This document shows positions 12,721-25,300 of a stretch of DNA of 64,000 bases, piece after piece (the stretch's first letter is position 1; each line of letters begins with the position of its first letter). This DNA comes from Antedon mediterranea. Taxonomy: Eukaryota; Animalia; Echinodermata. Location: assembly GCF_964355755.1 (NCBI RefSeq), contig NC_092670.1:37808388-37872387 (forward strand), written 5' to 3'. The translations under genes were made by a program, and so were the position numbers. The notes beneath the pieces were generated by a model, which worked only from the letters and a program-made list of their open reading frames with translations, ran no database searches and was not told where the DNA came from.

Positions 12721-12876
12721 ATGAAGTGGTTTGTTTTGCAAACTTACCTGATTTTATCAGCTGGACTCGCTTGTTTCGGAAGCAGTTGGCAAAGAAAATT
12801 ACACGAGCGAAATGTCCATCATGCCGAGGCACCCGTAGCTGAATCGTCGATAGCTGATCAACGAATACAAGAGGAC
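12721..12876 (+). CDS. Gene 1 exon 1: signal peptide and N-terminal segment
   Basis: MKWFVLQTYLILSAGLACFGSSWQRKLHERNVHHAEAPVAESSIADQRIQED followed by a GTAAGT donor. Same length and frame as paralogue exon 58235-58390. Confidence 0.88.
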
Positions 12877-13304
12877 GTAAGTATTGTCTATTAGTATGTA
12901 ACCTAGTGAAAAACTCAATTTCTTTCTAAAAATTTAGTTTTAGTTATCTATAAATGCGCCTTGAAATTCATTTGTTTGGCGCCGCGCCATATAAAAATGG
13001 TATAAGTATGTTGTATGGCTGATTAAAAATGTTCATCTGGTTTTGAATATCCATGAGTTAGTGGTTCTTTGTGCTAAAACCAAAAATTAGCGAACTAACT
13101 TGTTTTTTGCAAAAATAATTTATGTATGGCTGTTTTCGTTAGCTTTTACTATCATTTTGTATCTCATTGTCATTATGTTCAGTTTGTCTTTTTATAGCTA
13201 TTTGATGGAGGAATAAGTTAAGACTTAACTTATTTCTACATTTTTGTATTTATATATTTGATTGAATATACATCAAAGAAACATTCTTCAAAATTTACAA
13301 ATTA

Positions 13305-13335
<31 letters not shown>

Positions 13336-16300
13336 TAGAAGTATATATATATATAAATGTTCGGTTCAATGTAACCGTCTAGAAAGTGCTCAATACGGTA
13401 AAGTAGAGCTAAAATATACGTTGAGTCTGGAAAAGAAGTAAAAACTACAGTTTGGTCTCTACAGGCTTGTTTCGTGAGTCGTGCAACTCACTCATCAGGA
13501 GACTATATATATATATATATATAGAAGTATTGGCGAGAAAAAAACCAATATAGGCCTAAACAATATTAAGTAAACGAAATATTTATAACAAACTATTTCT
13601 ACTTTCCCCTTACTCCTCCCTCCCACCATATATTTTCATATTTATGTTTCAAGGTAATTCATCCGTGAATATTACAAACAAATGATTTTGTTAAATTTGA
13701 TTTACGCTAATCAATATTATCACATGCACGCTTCAATATTTAGAAGAAACCAGAACAAAACATTGCTTTTGCAAAATTCTGCTGCTAATAATGCATCATA
13801 GCAAAGAACTTATAACACAAGAATCTCCTGTTCGTCCGAAGCGCGTAACAATTTCGAAAGGCATTGTGGGATAGAATAGAGCTATGGGTGGCGCCATTGT
13901 GAGCCATGGAGTAGGGCGCCCGCATCAAATTAGAAAGTCAAAATCATAGAGGGGTTCTGCTAATGCTCTAGGGGGTATAGAGTAATTGACTGAGGAGTAG
14001 GGCGCCCGCATCAAATTAGAAAGTCAAAATCATAGAGGGGATCTGCTAATACTCTAGGAGGGGTAGAGTAATTGACTTCCTAGTTTGGAGAGGAGGGGGA
14101 GCTGCTCGCGTGTTTTTTTTTCCAGGACGAACGTGGGCAGAAGTCATGAATAATTCATTACCTTAATTATTTTTATTATAAAGAATTGAAAGATAGCTGA
14201 TCTACTTCCTTAATATACTAAACCTAACCCTCTAAATAATCTCTCTCAACTATTAAAAAAAACATGTTCATGAAAGACCTCGAACCGAGGGCTTCAGCGT
14301 AATAGGTTAAAGCCTTTACCACTAGACCAAACATTTCGGTTGGCAAACGTTGTTTACACTAATTATTTAATCTCTCTGCATTCTTATACAGCGCCCTCTA
14401 TAATGTTCCCTATTATGTCATAATTATTATATAATATATAAATATTTACCGCCCACCATATTATCTACTAACATTATTTTACCATTTATCTAATTCAATA
14501 ATATATTTTATTTTTATTTTTTATTTTTTATTTTTTTTTTTTTTTTTATTTTTTTTTTTTTTTTTTTTTTTTCTTCAAAATTATATAATGTAACCTAAAT
14601 CTAAATAAAATAAATAAATAATACAGTACTAAAAATAAGACTAAATAGTATAATAAAAATTGTATCACATTTAATTAAATTACAAATATAACTATTAATA
14701 TTAAATATAATAAGAACAAATAATCATATAAAAGTTGCATTTATTTTAATAATAACAGTATAATAAATCAATTAGCAATTATATATATATATATATATAT
14801 ATATTTTTTTAGTAATAATAATGATAATATATTCGCTTAAAACTTGAAAATATTAATAATACTGATAATAAATAGATAATAACATTAACTCCATCATATA
14901 GGTTAAGTATTGTTCGATATGTAAGATTACCTTGTTTTTACTAATTTCATTTTACTTGTATAATTCGCTTCTTAGTTAAGACTTAAATGTTATTTTTTGA
15001 TACTTTTCTTTTTGTTTTTACATTGCCTTGTAAATGAACGCACCGTCTTATAAACGTGTGCCGCTGATACAAAAGCGTTCGTTCAATAAATTTATCCTAA
15101 ATTTATCCTAATTAATCATGAATTATTCATGATTTCTGCCCACGTTCGTCCTGGAAAAAAAAATTACGCGAGCTGCTCCATGCTCTGTGAAATGGCGTCG
15201 CCCAGTTTGACCTTTTAACCCTGTACTTCCGATACTGTGTTTTGAATGCAAATTGAAGAACAGGAGATTCTTATGTGTTATAAGTTCTTTGATCATAGTT
15301 ATAATAATCATTCCGGTTGGGCAAAAAATACTGATTCCAAGTGTCTGATGCTTTTTTAGAAACAATTGGAAGAAACGTATAGAGACTTATTGCATCTGCT
15401 GGGGGAAACTGGACATAAGTTTGGTGAGTTATTTAGCCTTGTCTACACTATCAAACTTTATGTGACGAATGTTATGTGCTCATAATGGACATGATGATGT
15501 CATATCACTACCGTATTTGGGAATATCACTGCCATATTTGGGCACATCACGCTTTTTAATTAATTACGTCAGAGTAGGGCAAAACATCTGACCAATATTA
15601 TTACTCAACACCCTGACGCAAAGCTACCTCCACAGTAGTTACAAACAATGTACAAACTGTTGATGTAGTACCCGCTGCTTACTTGGGCTCGAAATATAAC
15701 CCTTTGTCATCAGAGCAATCTTAGTATTACGTCAGAGTAGGGCAAAACATCTTACTAATAAGTCTAGTATTGTTTATATCGCTATACTTATTAATCAAAA
15801 ATAAAACTTACTGTAGCAATACTGTTGGTATGCGCGCTTTCCAAGATTGTTGAAATGTGTGAAACGCACGATGCTATGAAATTACGTCTAAAAGTCTGAC
15901 CAACAGTCAGGCGCGTGTTTAGTTGCATACAGAGTATCGAATTTTAATCGATAAGTATGGACAAAAGAACATGATGAAAGCAAATATCCCAATATTCCCG
16001 ATTGTCCCTCTGAAAACAAAATTAAAACCCGTTAAAATAATCAACCGGAGGCCATGGAAGAGAATGGATTAAATTAATGTAGGCCTCCTGTATATGTTGT
16101 AGGCCTAATCTTTTTTGTTAATTTTAACATATTAAAAAACAGCAAAATTGTTTTAGGCCTAATAATGTGTAATTCTTTCACATTCGTTATTATCTATACT
16201 TTTTTCAACTATAAGACAAGCAAATGAAGAAGGTGAGTATTTTTGTTATTATTTAATTTAAGATTTATTTTAGCAAATTTTTTTTAGCTCTATTTTCCCC

Positions 16301-19300
16301 AATTTTTTTTTACCTCAGCTCCAATCATGGTCTTGTTATATATATTTTTATTTCCTATTTTAAATTATAAGTGCCATTTTCGGACCATGATTTGCTAAGA
16401 TCCTGGAGGCACTAATAAATATATTTTTATTTAATATTTGAAATTAAATGCCATTTCCGGCCATCGATCAGCTCTATTTTTCAAAATGTTCCCAATCATT
16501 GTGGGGCTGAGGTCTTGGATAGATTTTTATGCTATGATTTCCGAACATATTTCAGCAACTTAAATTCAAAATGTCCGTGGCTGTAGCAGGTTGGGCGTTG
16601 ATGACTTTTGCCATTACCATTTTCGCACCCCAGATATTGGGAATTATATGACAGTTATTACACACAAAACTAAAAATATAAATTTTGAACGACTTTGGAT
16701 ACAATTTTAGGCCCTGTGTCAGTTTGGGTTTTACAGACGTTGTTTAGAAATGCAACCGTTGGTGGTGCTAATTAGGGCCACATTTTGGTTGGGGATTTGG
16801 CATAATTTGAGACAGGCTATGGCATAGTTTAAATTGTATCGCTGGCAACGCTGGTGGTGACACACAATACAATATACAACATATTCACACACCACCACCA
16901 CGCGAGTTGATTAGGCCGCCTTGCCTATAGTAGTCTATACAAAATACACATTGAACAAAATATATTCCTTCTTGGTAGAGTTTAAAACATTACTCCTGAT
17001 TAGTTTTTGTTTGTGCAAGTTACTATTTTAACATCGAATTATTTTAGATCGAATATAACACCTCTCACTTTGTGCTGTCGGGCCTAGCTACGCTCTAGAT
17101 AATCAGAAACACGGCAAGCTGCCTCTCTGTACACAAAAAGAGGGAAAGCTCTGGAATCGAATGATAAAAAACAACGTCGTCGCACACGCGCGTGCCTCCA
17201 CTTTCCCCGTCTATTTTTTTTGTTTTTTTTTTCTTGCGTACCGCCGTACCACACCACCGACGGATGACGTGTGGAGCGGAAGTTAAACGCCACCTATAAA
17301 ATATGCAAGCTTTAATGAATCTGCATATAAATAATTTGCATAAATTATGTTTTGAATATTTGAACTAAAAACTAACGTGCAGAGCTAATTGTTTAAAACT
17401 ATTATGTATTTACAGTCGAATGGACTCGCTGGTTTAACCGAGACAATCCATCCGGTACTGGAGATTGGGAAACTGTGACCAGTTTGTACTACGTAAGTGA
17501 ATTGTTTATGTCTACTTTGTGATAATATACCAACTGGATCATAAATAATTGGAAATTATTTATCAAATAATGGTTGAAACACACCACACTGTCATAAAAT
17601 ATGTAATTGTAAAAACAAGTTAAAAAAATAATACACATGATCACATGTCTTCTTACGCTGTTTATCTTAGGAGAATCCGAATCAAATGTGTCAGAATCCA
17701 GTTGACATTCAATGCCAGACTATTGGTGGTTCATCTTACACTTCTACTGGAGAGGTTGTCAGTTGTAGCGCTAGTGTAGGTCTTGTTTGTAAGAATGCTG
17801 ACCAAACAGATGGTTACTGTCGGGATTACAGAGTTCGTTTCAAGTGTCCATGTTACTGTTAGTAGTTCTATAGCTTAACATAATACCAAACTATTTAAAT
17901 TAGATATTCTCTGTTAAACCTAAATTTAAAAAAAAAATCAAATTTCATCAAAAGAAAATTGCACAATTTTGTCAAATTTAGTAATTTTTTTCATTCCAGT
18001 TTCCGCACTAATTTATTATAACCGACATAATTTATTATGCCTAATTTGTATGAACCTGAACTACAGTATTGTACAGTACGTACCGGTGATAAACCAGTAC
18101 ATTTCTGGGGCCGATATATTTGTTGTCGTGCAATAACAAAATTCATAAATTAGTGTCAGTCAGTTCAGATCCTTGCCATAATGCTAAAAAAGTGAATTCG
18201 ATTAAATTGATTGTTGATGGTGGGATTATAATATAGCTATATATACTATGTATTTACAGACGAATGGACTCCCTGGTTTGACCGAGACAATCCATCCGGT
18301 ACTGGAGATTGGGAAACTGTTACCAGTTTGTACTACGTAAGTGAATTGCTTATGTCTACTTTGTGATAATATACCAACTGGATCATAAATAATTGGAAAT
18401 TATTTATCAAATAATGGTTGAAACACACAACACTGTCAGAAAATATGTAATTGTAAAAACAAGTTAAAAAAATAATACACATGTCTTCTTACGTTTTTGA
18501 TCTTAGGAGAATCCGAATCAAATGTGTCAGAATCCAGTTGACATTCAATGCCAAACTATTGGTGGTTCATCTTACACTTCTACTGGAGAGGTTGTCAGTT
18601 GTAGCGCTAGTCTAGGTCTTGTTTGTAAGAATGCTGACCAAACAGATTGGTCCTGTCTGGATTACAGAGTTCGTTTCAAGTGTCCATGTTAGTAGTTCTA
18701 TAGCTTAACATAATACCAAACTATTTAAATTGGATGTTCTCTGTTAAACCTAAATTTAAAAAAAAAATCAAATTTCATCAAAAGAAAATTGCACAATATG
18801 GTAGTGATATGCCTAAATATGGTAGTGATATGACATCATCATGTCCATATATGCGCACATACAATATTTTTGCCCCATAAAGTTTGATAGTGTAGACAGA
18901 GCTTTAGTAGAGAGGAATTGTTACAATTGAATCCAGCATCCTGGTAAACAGGCTCAGTGGTAATAAAATGTTCGCAAACTAAAAAGAGTCTTGTTTGTTT
19001 TGTTATTTTTCAGGTAATCCATGTCAGCCAAACCCTTGCCTGAATAATGGAAAATGTGTTGATAGTCTTGGCAGTGCAGAGTGTGATTGTACCAATACAG
19101 GCTTTACTGGAGTTACCTGCAGTGATGGTAAGGTCAACTGAGGTCAAGTGTAAAGTGTTGTTCCCACTTGGACCCAACACAATGGTGTAGATGCATTCTA
19201 TTGTACAATATTTCCTAATTTATAACACTAGTAAGGCCAAATTATTATCATTTTATTTTTAAAGGATTACATTTTTGTTTTGTCTTACAAAAAAACTGAA

Positions 19301-22300
19301 CTGAGTATTATGGCGCTATGAACTCTAAGAACATACCCGAGTCACATGTTTTTAGCCAGCATGGTTGATTTAATTGGAAGGTGCCGGACAGTGGCCAGTA
19401 AAATTAGTCAAAATTAACCCAAATTAAGTGCAGTCAGTAACAGTTATAAAACATTTTTTTTTTCAGAGGATCCATGTTTTAAAAATGATCCATGTGAAAA
19501 TGGTGGTATATGCAATTACGATACGGAATCAGATACCTCTATGTGTAACTGTACTGGTACACTTCATAGAGGTACCCTCTGTGAATTGAGTAAGTACAGT
19601 ACTGTATATCCTGTGGTATAATCCCACTCCCATAGAATATGACTCATTGGGCTAACTTTGTGGGTGGGACTATACTTGGGGAACGCCAGATTCAGGAAAA
19701 TAAAGTAAGATCTGAACTGGCTAGAGAGAGGCTTACATCCAGATCAAAAGTCAATGATGGGACTATACCCGGGGATATGCCTGTTTGTTTCTGTCCACAA
19801 CCACAGGGGCTGAGTGAACCAGAACACTGGAGTAACCTCCTAATCTTCCGAAAGATATACTGGGTTTTTTTAGAGTGTACACGAGCCAGATGTGTACACT
19901 GGACCTCCAGTTTTAAATCCTTATCCTAAAAGACTTGTTCTACCATCAGAACAATGGTTGAGGAGTTCCGTGAACCTGTGCTGATTGTATAATGGTTTGC
20001 AGCACTTAACATCTCGGCCACTCGACTTGTGTTTGAAATTCTAATTTCATTTGATTTACAACATGTCTGAAGACATTGTGTAATTATACAAGGACATTAG
20101 TGCCCCAATGGTTTATTATGATTTTATTCATACCTATTGTTTGGTTTGTTCAATAATTTTGTGTTTTATTGAAATGATTTACAACATATGCAGTCGGAAG
20201 ACACTTATACAATGAGATTAGTGCCCAAATGGTTTATTATTATTTTATACCCAATACCTTTTGTTTGGTTTGTTCATGTTGTCATCAAATTGAATAATTT
20301 TGTGTTTTTATTATTGAAATAATTGTTTTTTAATGACAATTTTAATAGAAATATGATTTAGTTTAATTTAAATACAATTTTGATATATGTACTGCATATT
20401 TCATTTAGAGGACGTATGTGCACAAAATAATCCGTGCAAAAATGACGCTCCTTGTCAAAACTCAGATTCAGAAAGCGTAACATGTGATTGTAGCAATGGA
20501 GGTGCTGAACCAACACACACCGGTGCATTTTGTGAAATATGTAAGTTTTTCTGAGATTACTACACAACATTTTTGTTTTACTACAGTTAGACCTTCATTA
20601 AGACGACACAACTGGGACCCAATAAAGTGTTTCTTTAATTGAGACATCCCCTAAAAGGGGTTGGCCATAGTGTTAAGTGGAACATAATAAGCAAAATCTA
20701 ATCAAAACAAATAGAATACATAGCGGGCAGTAGTTGGTTCAGACTAGTAAAGTTCAGTGTAGTCAATTTACTCACTGTCCTACAAACCTGCTATGATCTT
20801 AAGCTTTATGTTACAAAAAATGTGATGTGCCCATCTATGGACATGATAATGTCATATCACTACCATGTTTGGGTATATCACTACTATATTTGGGCATTTT
20901 TGTTTGATAGTATAGACAGAGCTTTATTGTGTCAAGGAGGGAGCGAACTTGTAGTGGTGTTTCACACAGCTCCTTTCAGTGATTGGTGTGAATACACCCT
21001 ATATATATTGACCCTCATTCACACTTGTTCCGTTTCACTCAAGACCGTACCATTTTGTTAAATAAGCTATTTTGTTGTTATCAGTTCCATGAAATTAAAC
21101 AAGTATGAATGTGGTTTAAACTCTGTCCACACTATCAAACTAGTTTGACAAACAATTTTGATGTGCCCAAATATGGTAGCGATATGCACAAATATCCTAG
21201 TGATATGACATCATCATGTCCATATATGGGCACATCACATTTTTTTTGTCACATAAAGTTTGATAGTGTAGACAGAGCTTTAGAAAAAAAAGCATAAAAT
21301 CAACCTTTGCATTTGATCAATATGTTCCTCACTATAGAGTTCTGCGGTGTGACGTCACAACAATAGTTGGCACAGCGTGGTTGCTAGCGCAACCAAAATG
21401 TGTTCAATGCTACTATGCTGATAACTATATAGATCTGTATTTCTATCAAATTATGTATATTAGCTTGATTCTTTTTAAATGATACTGTAGTTGAAGAATG
21501 AATAGATTATTAAAAACAAATATTTAGTAACCTATTGAAATTTTAGTTTGTTTTTATTGAAAATTATTAAGTTTTAAAATTAATTCAATAAGCCTATTCC
21601 AAACCATTGGTGACCTTGGAGTCACTTAGGCAGGTTGAATGTTTTGTAGCTACGAAACGGCGCCACGTACCGTTGTGACATCAGATGATATGATGATAAA
21701 TTAACTTTATTTTCTTCATTCCTTAGTGCTTCTGTCGTGTGTTCCCAATCCTTGCCTGAACGGAGGAAGTTGTGTAGATGGCGTTTGCCAGTGTCCAGAT
21801 GGAATTGAAGGATTTTTGTGCGAAACTCGTAAGACTTTTAAATGTTTCATTTCTTCATTTATTGAAAAAAAAATGTAAAAACAATTTTAGAATCCCATTC
21901 AACATTTACTGGTTGGTTCATATATATATATATTTATATATGAAATATATACCATAAATTTTCTAATAGTAACCCACACTCTAAAGGAACCCCCCTTATA
22001 ATAGTAACCCACCTTATAAGTCAATCTATAATAATAACCCACTACTCTAATAGTAACCTATGGGAGTTACTATTAGAGTCACAAAAACTTATGATACAGC
22101 CATATTTTGAAAATAAGGAGATAATGCATGTTGATCTCAGCAGTGGGCGAGGATTGAGTGTTTTTGAGTTTATAAAATAAAGATAGAGTTTAACCAAATT
22201 TGTTTATTCGTACTGTTTTATTATTTTGCTATGAGTTGCTGACCGGAAAAGTTAGGGGTGGGTTACTATTTTCAGGTGCCTAATTTAAGATTAGTAATAG

Positions 22301-25300
22301 TAACCCACTACTCTAATAGTAATCCCCCTTCTAATAGTAACCCACCATATAAAAAACAATCAAAGAATAATAACCCAGGGTTACAATTAGAAGATTTACG
22401 GTATAAGAAATAAATACATACCTTACAATAAGAACTTGTAAGACTTTTTTAATTTTCATTTCTTAATTTATTGAAAAACAAATGTACAAACAATTTGTGA
22501 ATCACATTCAACATGTACTGGTTGGGGTATCAGGGGATGGATCTCAATGGAGATACAAAAAAAAAAAGCAAAAAGCTAAATCAAAACGATAAAGTAAAAC
22601 AGCCAGAAAAGTTTATATATATATATAAAATAAATCCAAAGGCAAATAACTGAAAAAATGACAATGCTGTGGGTATCAGTGGCTGGATCTCAATGGAGAT
22701 ACAAAAAAAAAAGCGAAAAGCTAAATCAAAACGATAAAGTAAAACAGCCAGAAAAGTTAGCAGAGCTTTCGGGCAACACTAGCCCTTCGTCAGTGCAAGT
22801 GAAAAATATAAATAAATACATACGTACACGTACAATTAGAAAATGTTTAATCCAACTAAAAAAATAAAAAATGTATTGAAAATTCTATACCGATTTTAAT
22901 GAGTCTCTACTTCGAATAAGCTACACCTCTCAACACTTCCAGGTTTTTTCTCATTTTAATAGATATTTTTTTATCTTTTGTTGGGATTTCACACACTTTT
23001 ATTTCTTGTATAAAAATGCATATTTTTGTAAATAATATTTGTCTTATAAATATCAATTTGATACAATAAATGTATATTTACTTCATATGTAACTTTTTCA
23101 TTAATTATTCATAATATATCTTCTTTTTCAGTTAATAGTGGATACAGACCTGAACCCAGTCTTCCGCCAAGTGGCAAGTAACATGTATTTAAATTGTTTA
23201 TCTTTGCTACTCAAACCATTGGAAGGTTCATTTCAGGGTGGAAAAAAAGATAGTAATTTCTTTATGTTAAGCTCTGTCTACACTATCAAACTAGTTTAAC
23301 AAAAATAGTGTGATGTGCCCATAAATGGACATGATGGTGTCATATCACTACCAAACACACATACACATCACATATAGTTTGTTAGTGTAGACAGAGCTTT
23401 ACATTCATGTTTTAAGCTTTGTTTACACTATCAAACTTTATGTGACAAAAAAATGTGATGTGCCCATATATGGACATGATGATGTCATACCACTACCATA
23501 TATAAGTATCACTACCATATTTGGGCACATCACATTTTTTTTGTCAAATTAGTTTGATAGTGTAAACAGAGCTTTAGAGTGAGTGGAAGTACTTCACAAA
23601 GCAGTTAATTAGTATGGGTTATTTTTGTGTTTACATTTTGCATAATTTTAATCATTTTATTTATTTATTTAATTTTTTTATTTATTCGGTATATAAAAAT
23701 ATATTACAAAACGACAGTCAAGGACTGAAATGAATTGTATTACAAATAACTAAAAATTAGTTAAAATTGCTATAAAAATAGAAACATCTTATTAAAATTA
23801 AATATCGTACAGTGATACAGAAAATAAATTCTTAATTAATTAATTAATTAGTAATTAATAAGACGTCTATACAGTATGTACTATCAATTTGTTGATGTGT
23901 TGCATTTAAAAAAAAAAAATTATTTTTCAGGGGATTTTTGTACTGTATGGGACAAGCAGAATTACCGCACATTTGATGGCTTCGTTTATTCCATTAACAG
24001 CGAATGTCGTCATGTTTTGGTACAAAATGATGAGTTGGACAACAACAAAGATGGAGATGTTTTTCAGATTTTGGTTGACTACACTGATTCCATGTCTATT
24101 ATTGTTCAAGAAAATTATGATGGGACCTCGAAATCCATACAGTTGAGAAGTGACGGTGTTATGTACAACAATGAGCTCATCAACAAAACAGAAACTGCCG
24201 GTCCATTTTCAATCACATTTTCCTCTCATTACGTTACTGTGGTTGATGACCTGAATTTGTTTAAAGTTATCTGGAACCGAAACGACTTGGTTGAAATTTT
24301 TATCACCGGTTCACCGTTAAGTGTTAATGGGATGTGTGGAAACTATGATGGGTTACCATCAAATGATGCTACCCATAATGGTGTTACACCAGCAACATTT
24401 GATCCATTTACCATGGCTAAAAATTGGAATGTAGAAAGTGCAGGTAATTTGCCCATTTTCAAAATAAAATTATGATTTGTCAGTCTTAATTTGTTCTAGA
24501 AATTATTCTGCATATAGTAAACATATAGTGTAAGTTATGGTTATGTAATTTTTTTTATGATATTCATTTTGTTACAATTTGGTGTAACATCATCGATATT
24601 ATAGAAAAATGTTCACCGTTTTGGCTTTCTAATAGTAATGCCATTTTCACATTTGCAAACTAACACCTTGTAACAAGTATTAACAGACTTGTGAGATGTT
24701 TTACGTCTTTTGGTCAACTATTAAATATAAAAAAATGTAATAGTGAATTGTGAATAAATGTGTGAAATATGTAAAAAAAAAAAAAACATGTGTAGTAAAA
24801 TGAATCACAATAATCAAATAGCGGACAGTTATATCTTGCAGCTGAAAATCTAAATCAAAATATGTTACAACTTTTTATAATAACTTACATTACTGTGGGA
24901 CTTAAGTAAGATCATGCGATACTAAGTGGGATATGTTACATCTTTTGTTTAATTTATTTTGTTTTGTTTTTGACAACAATTAGTTATGTGTAATTTAATA
25001 TATAACCTGCGCTGCTATTTAAGTTTTTTTTTCAGTTTTTTGTTTTGGGTCAGTTTTATGTCTTTTACTTCTTATTTATTATTACTGTACTTCTTAAAAA
25101 CGAATAAAAAATCTATGAAAATGTCATTATATTTTGAAGACGTGCATAGTGATGGATAATACGATAAATTTTATTCATTGTATTGAATTCATATTTCAGA
25201 ATGTGGTATAATAGGAACGTGTGTAGAGTTTAAAGATCTTAGCCAAGATGAAATTAATATGTGCTTAAAACTGAAGGAAGTCTTTAGCGATTGCCTTGAG

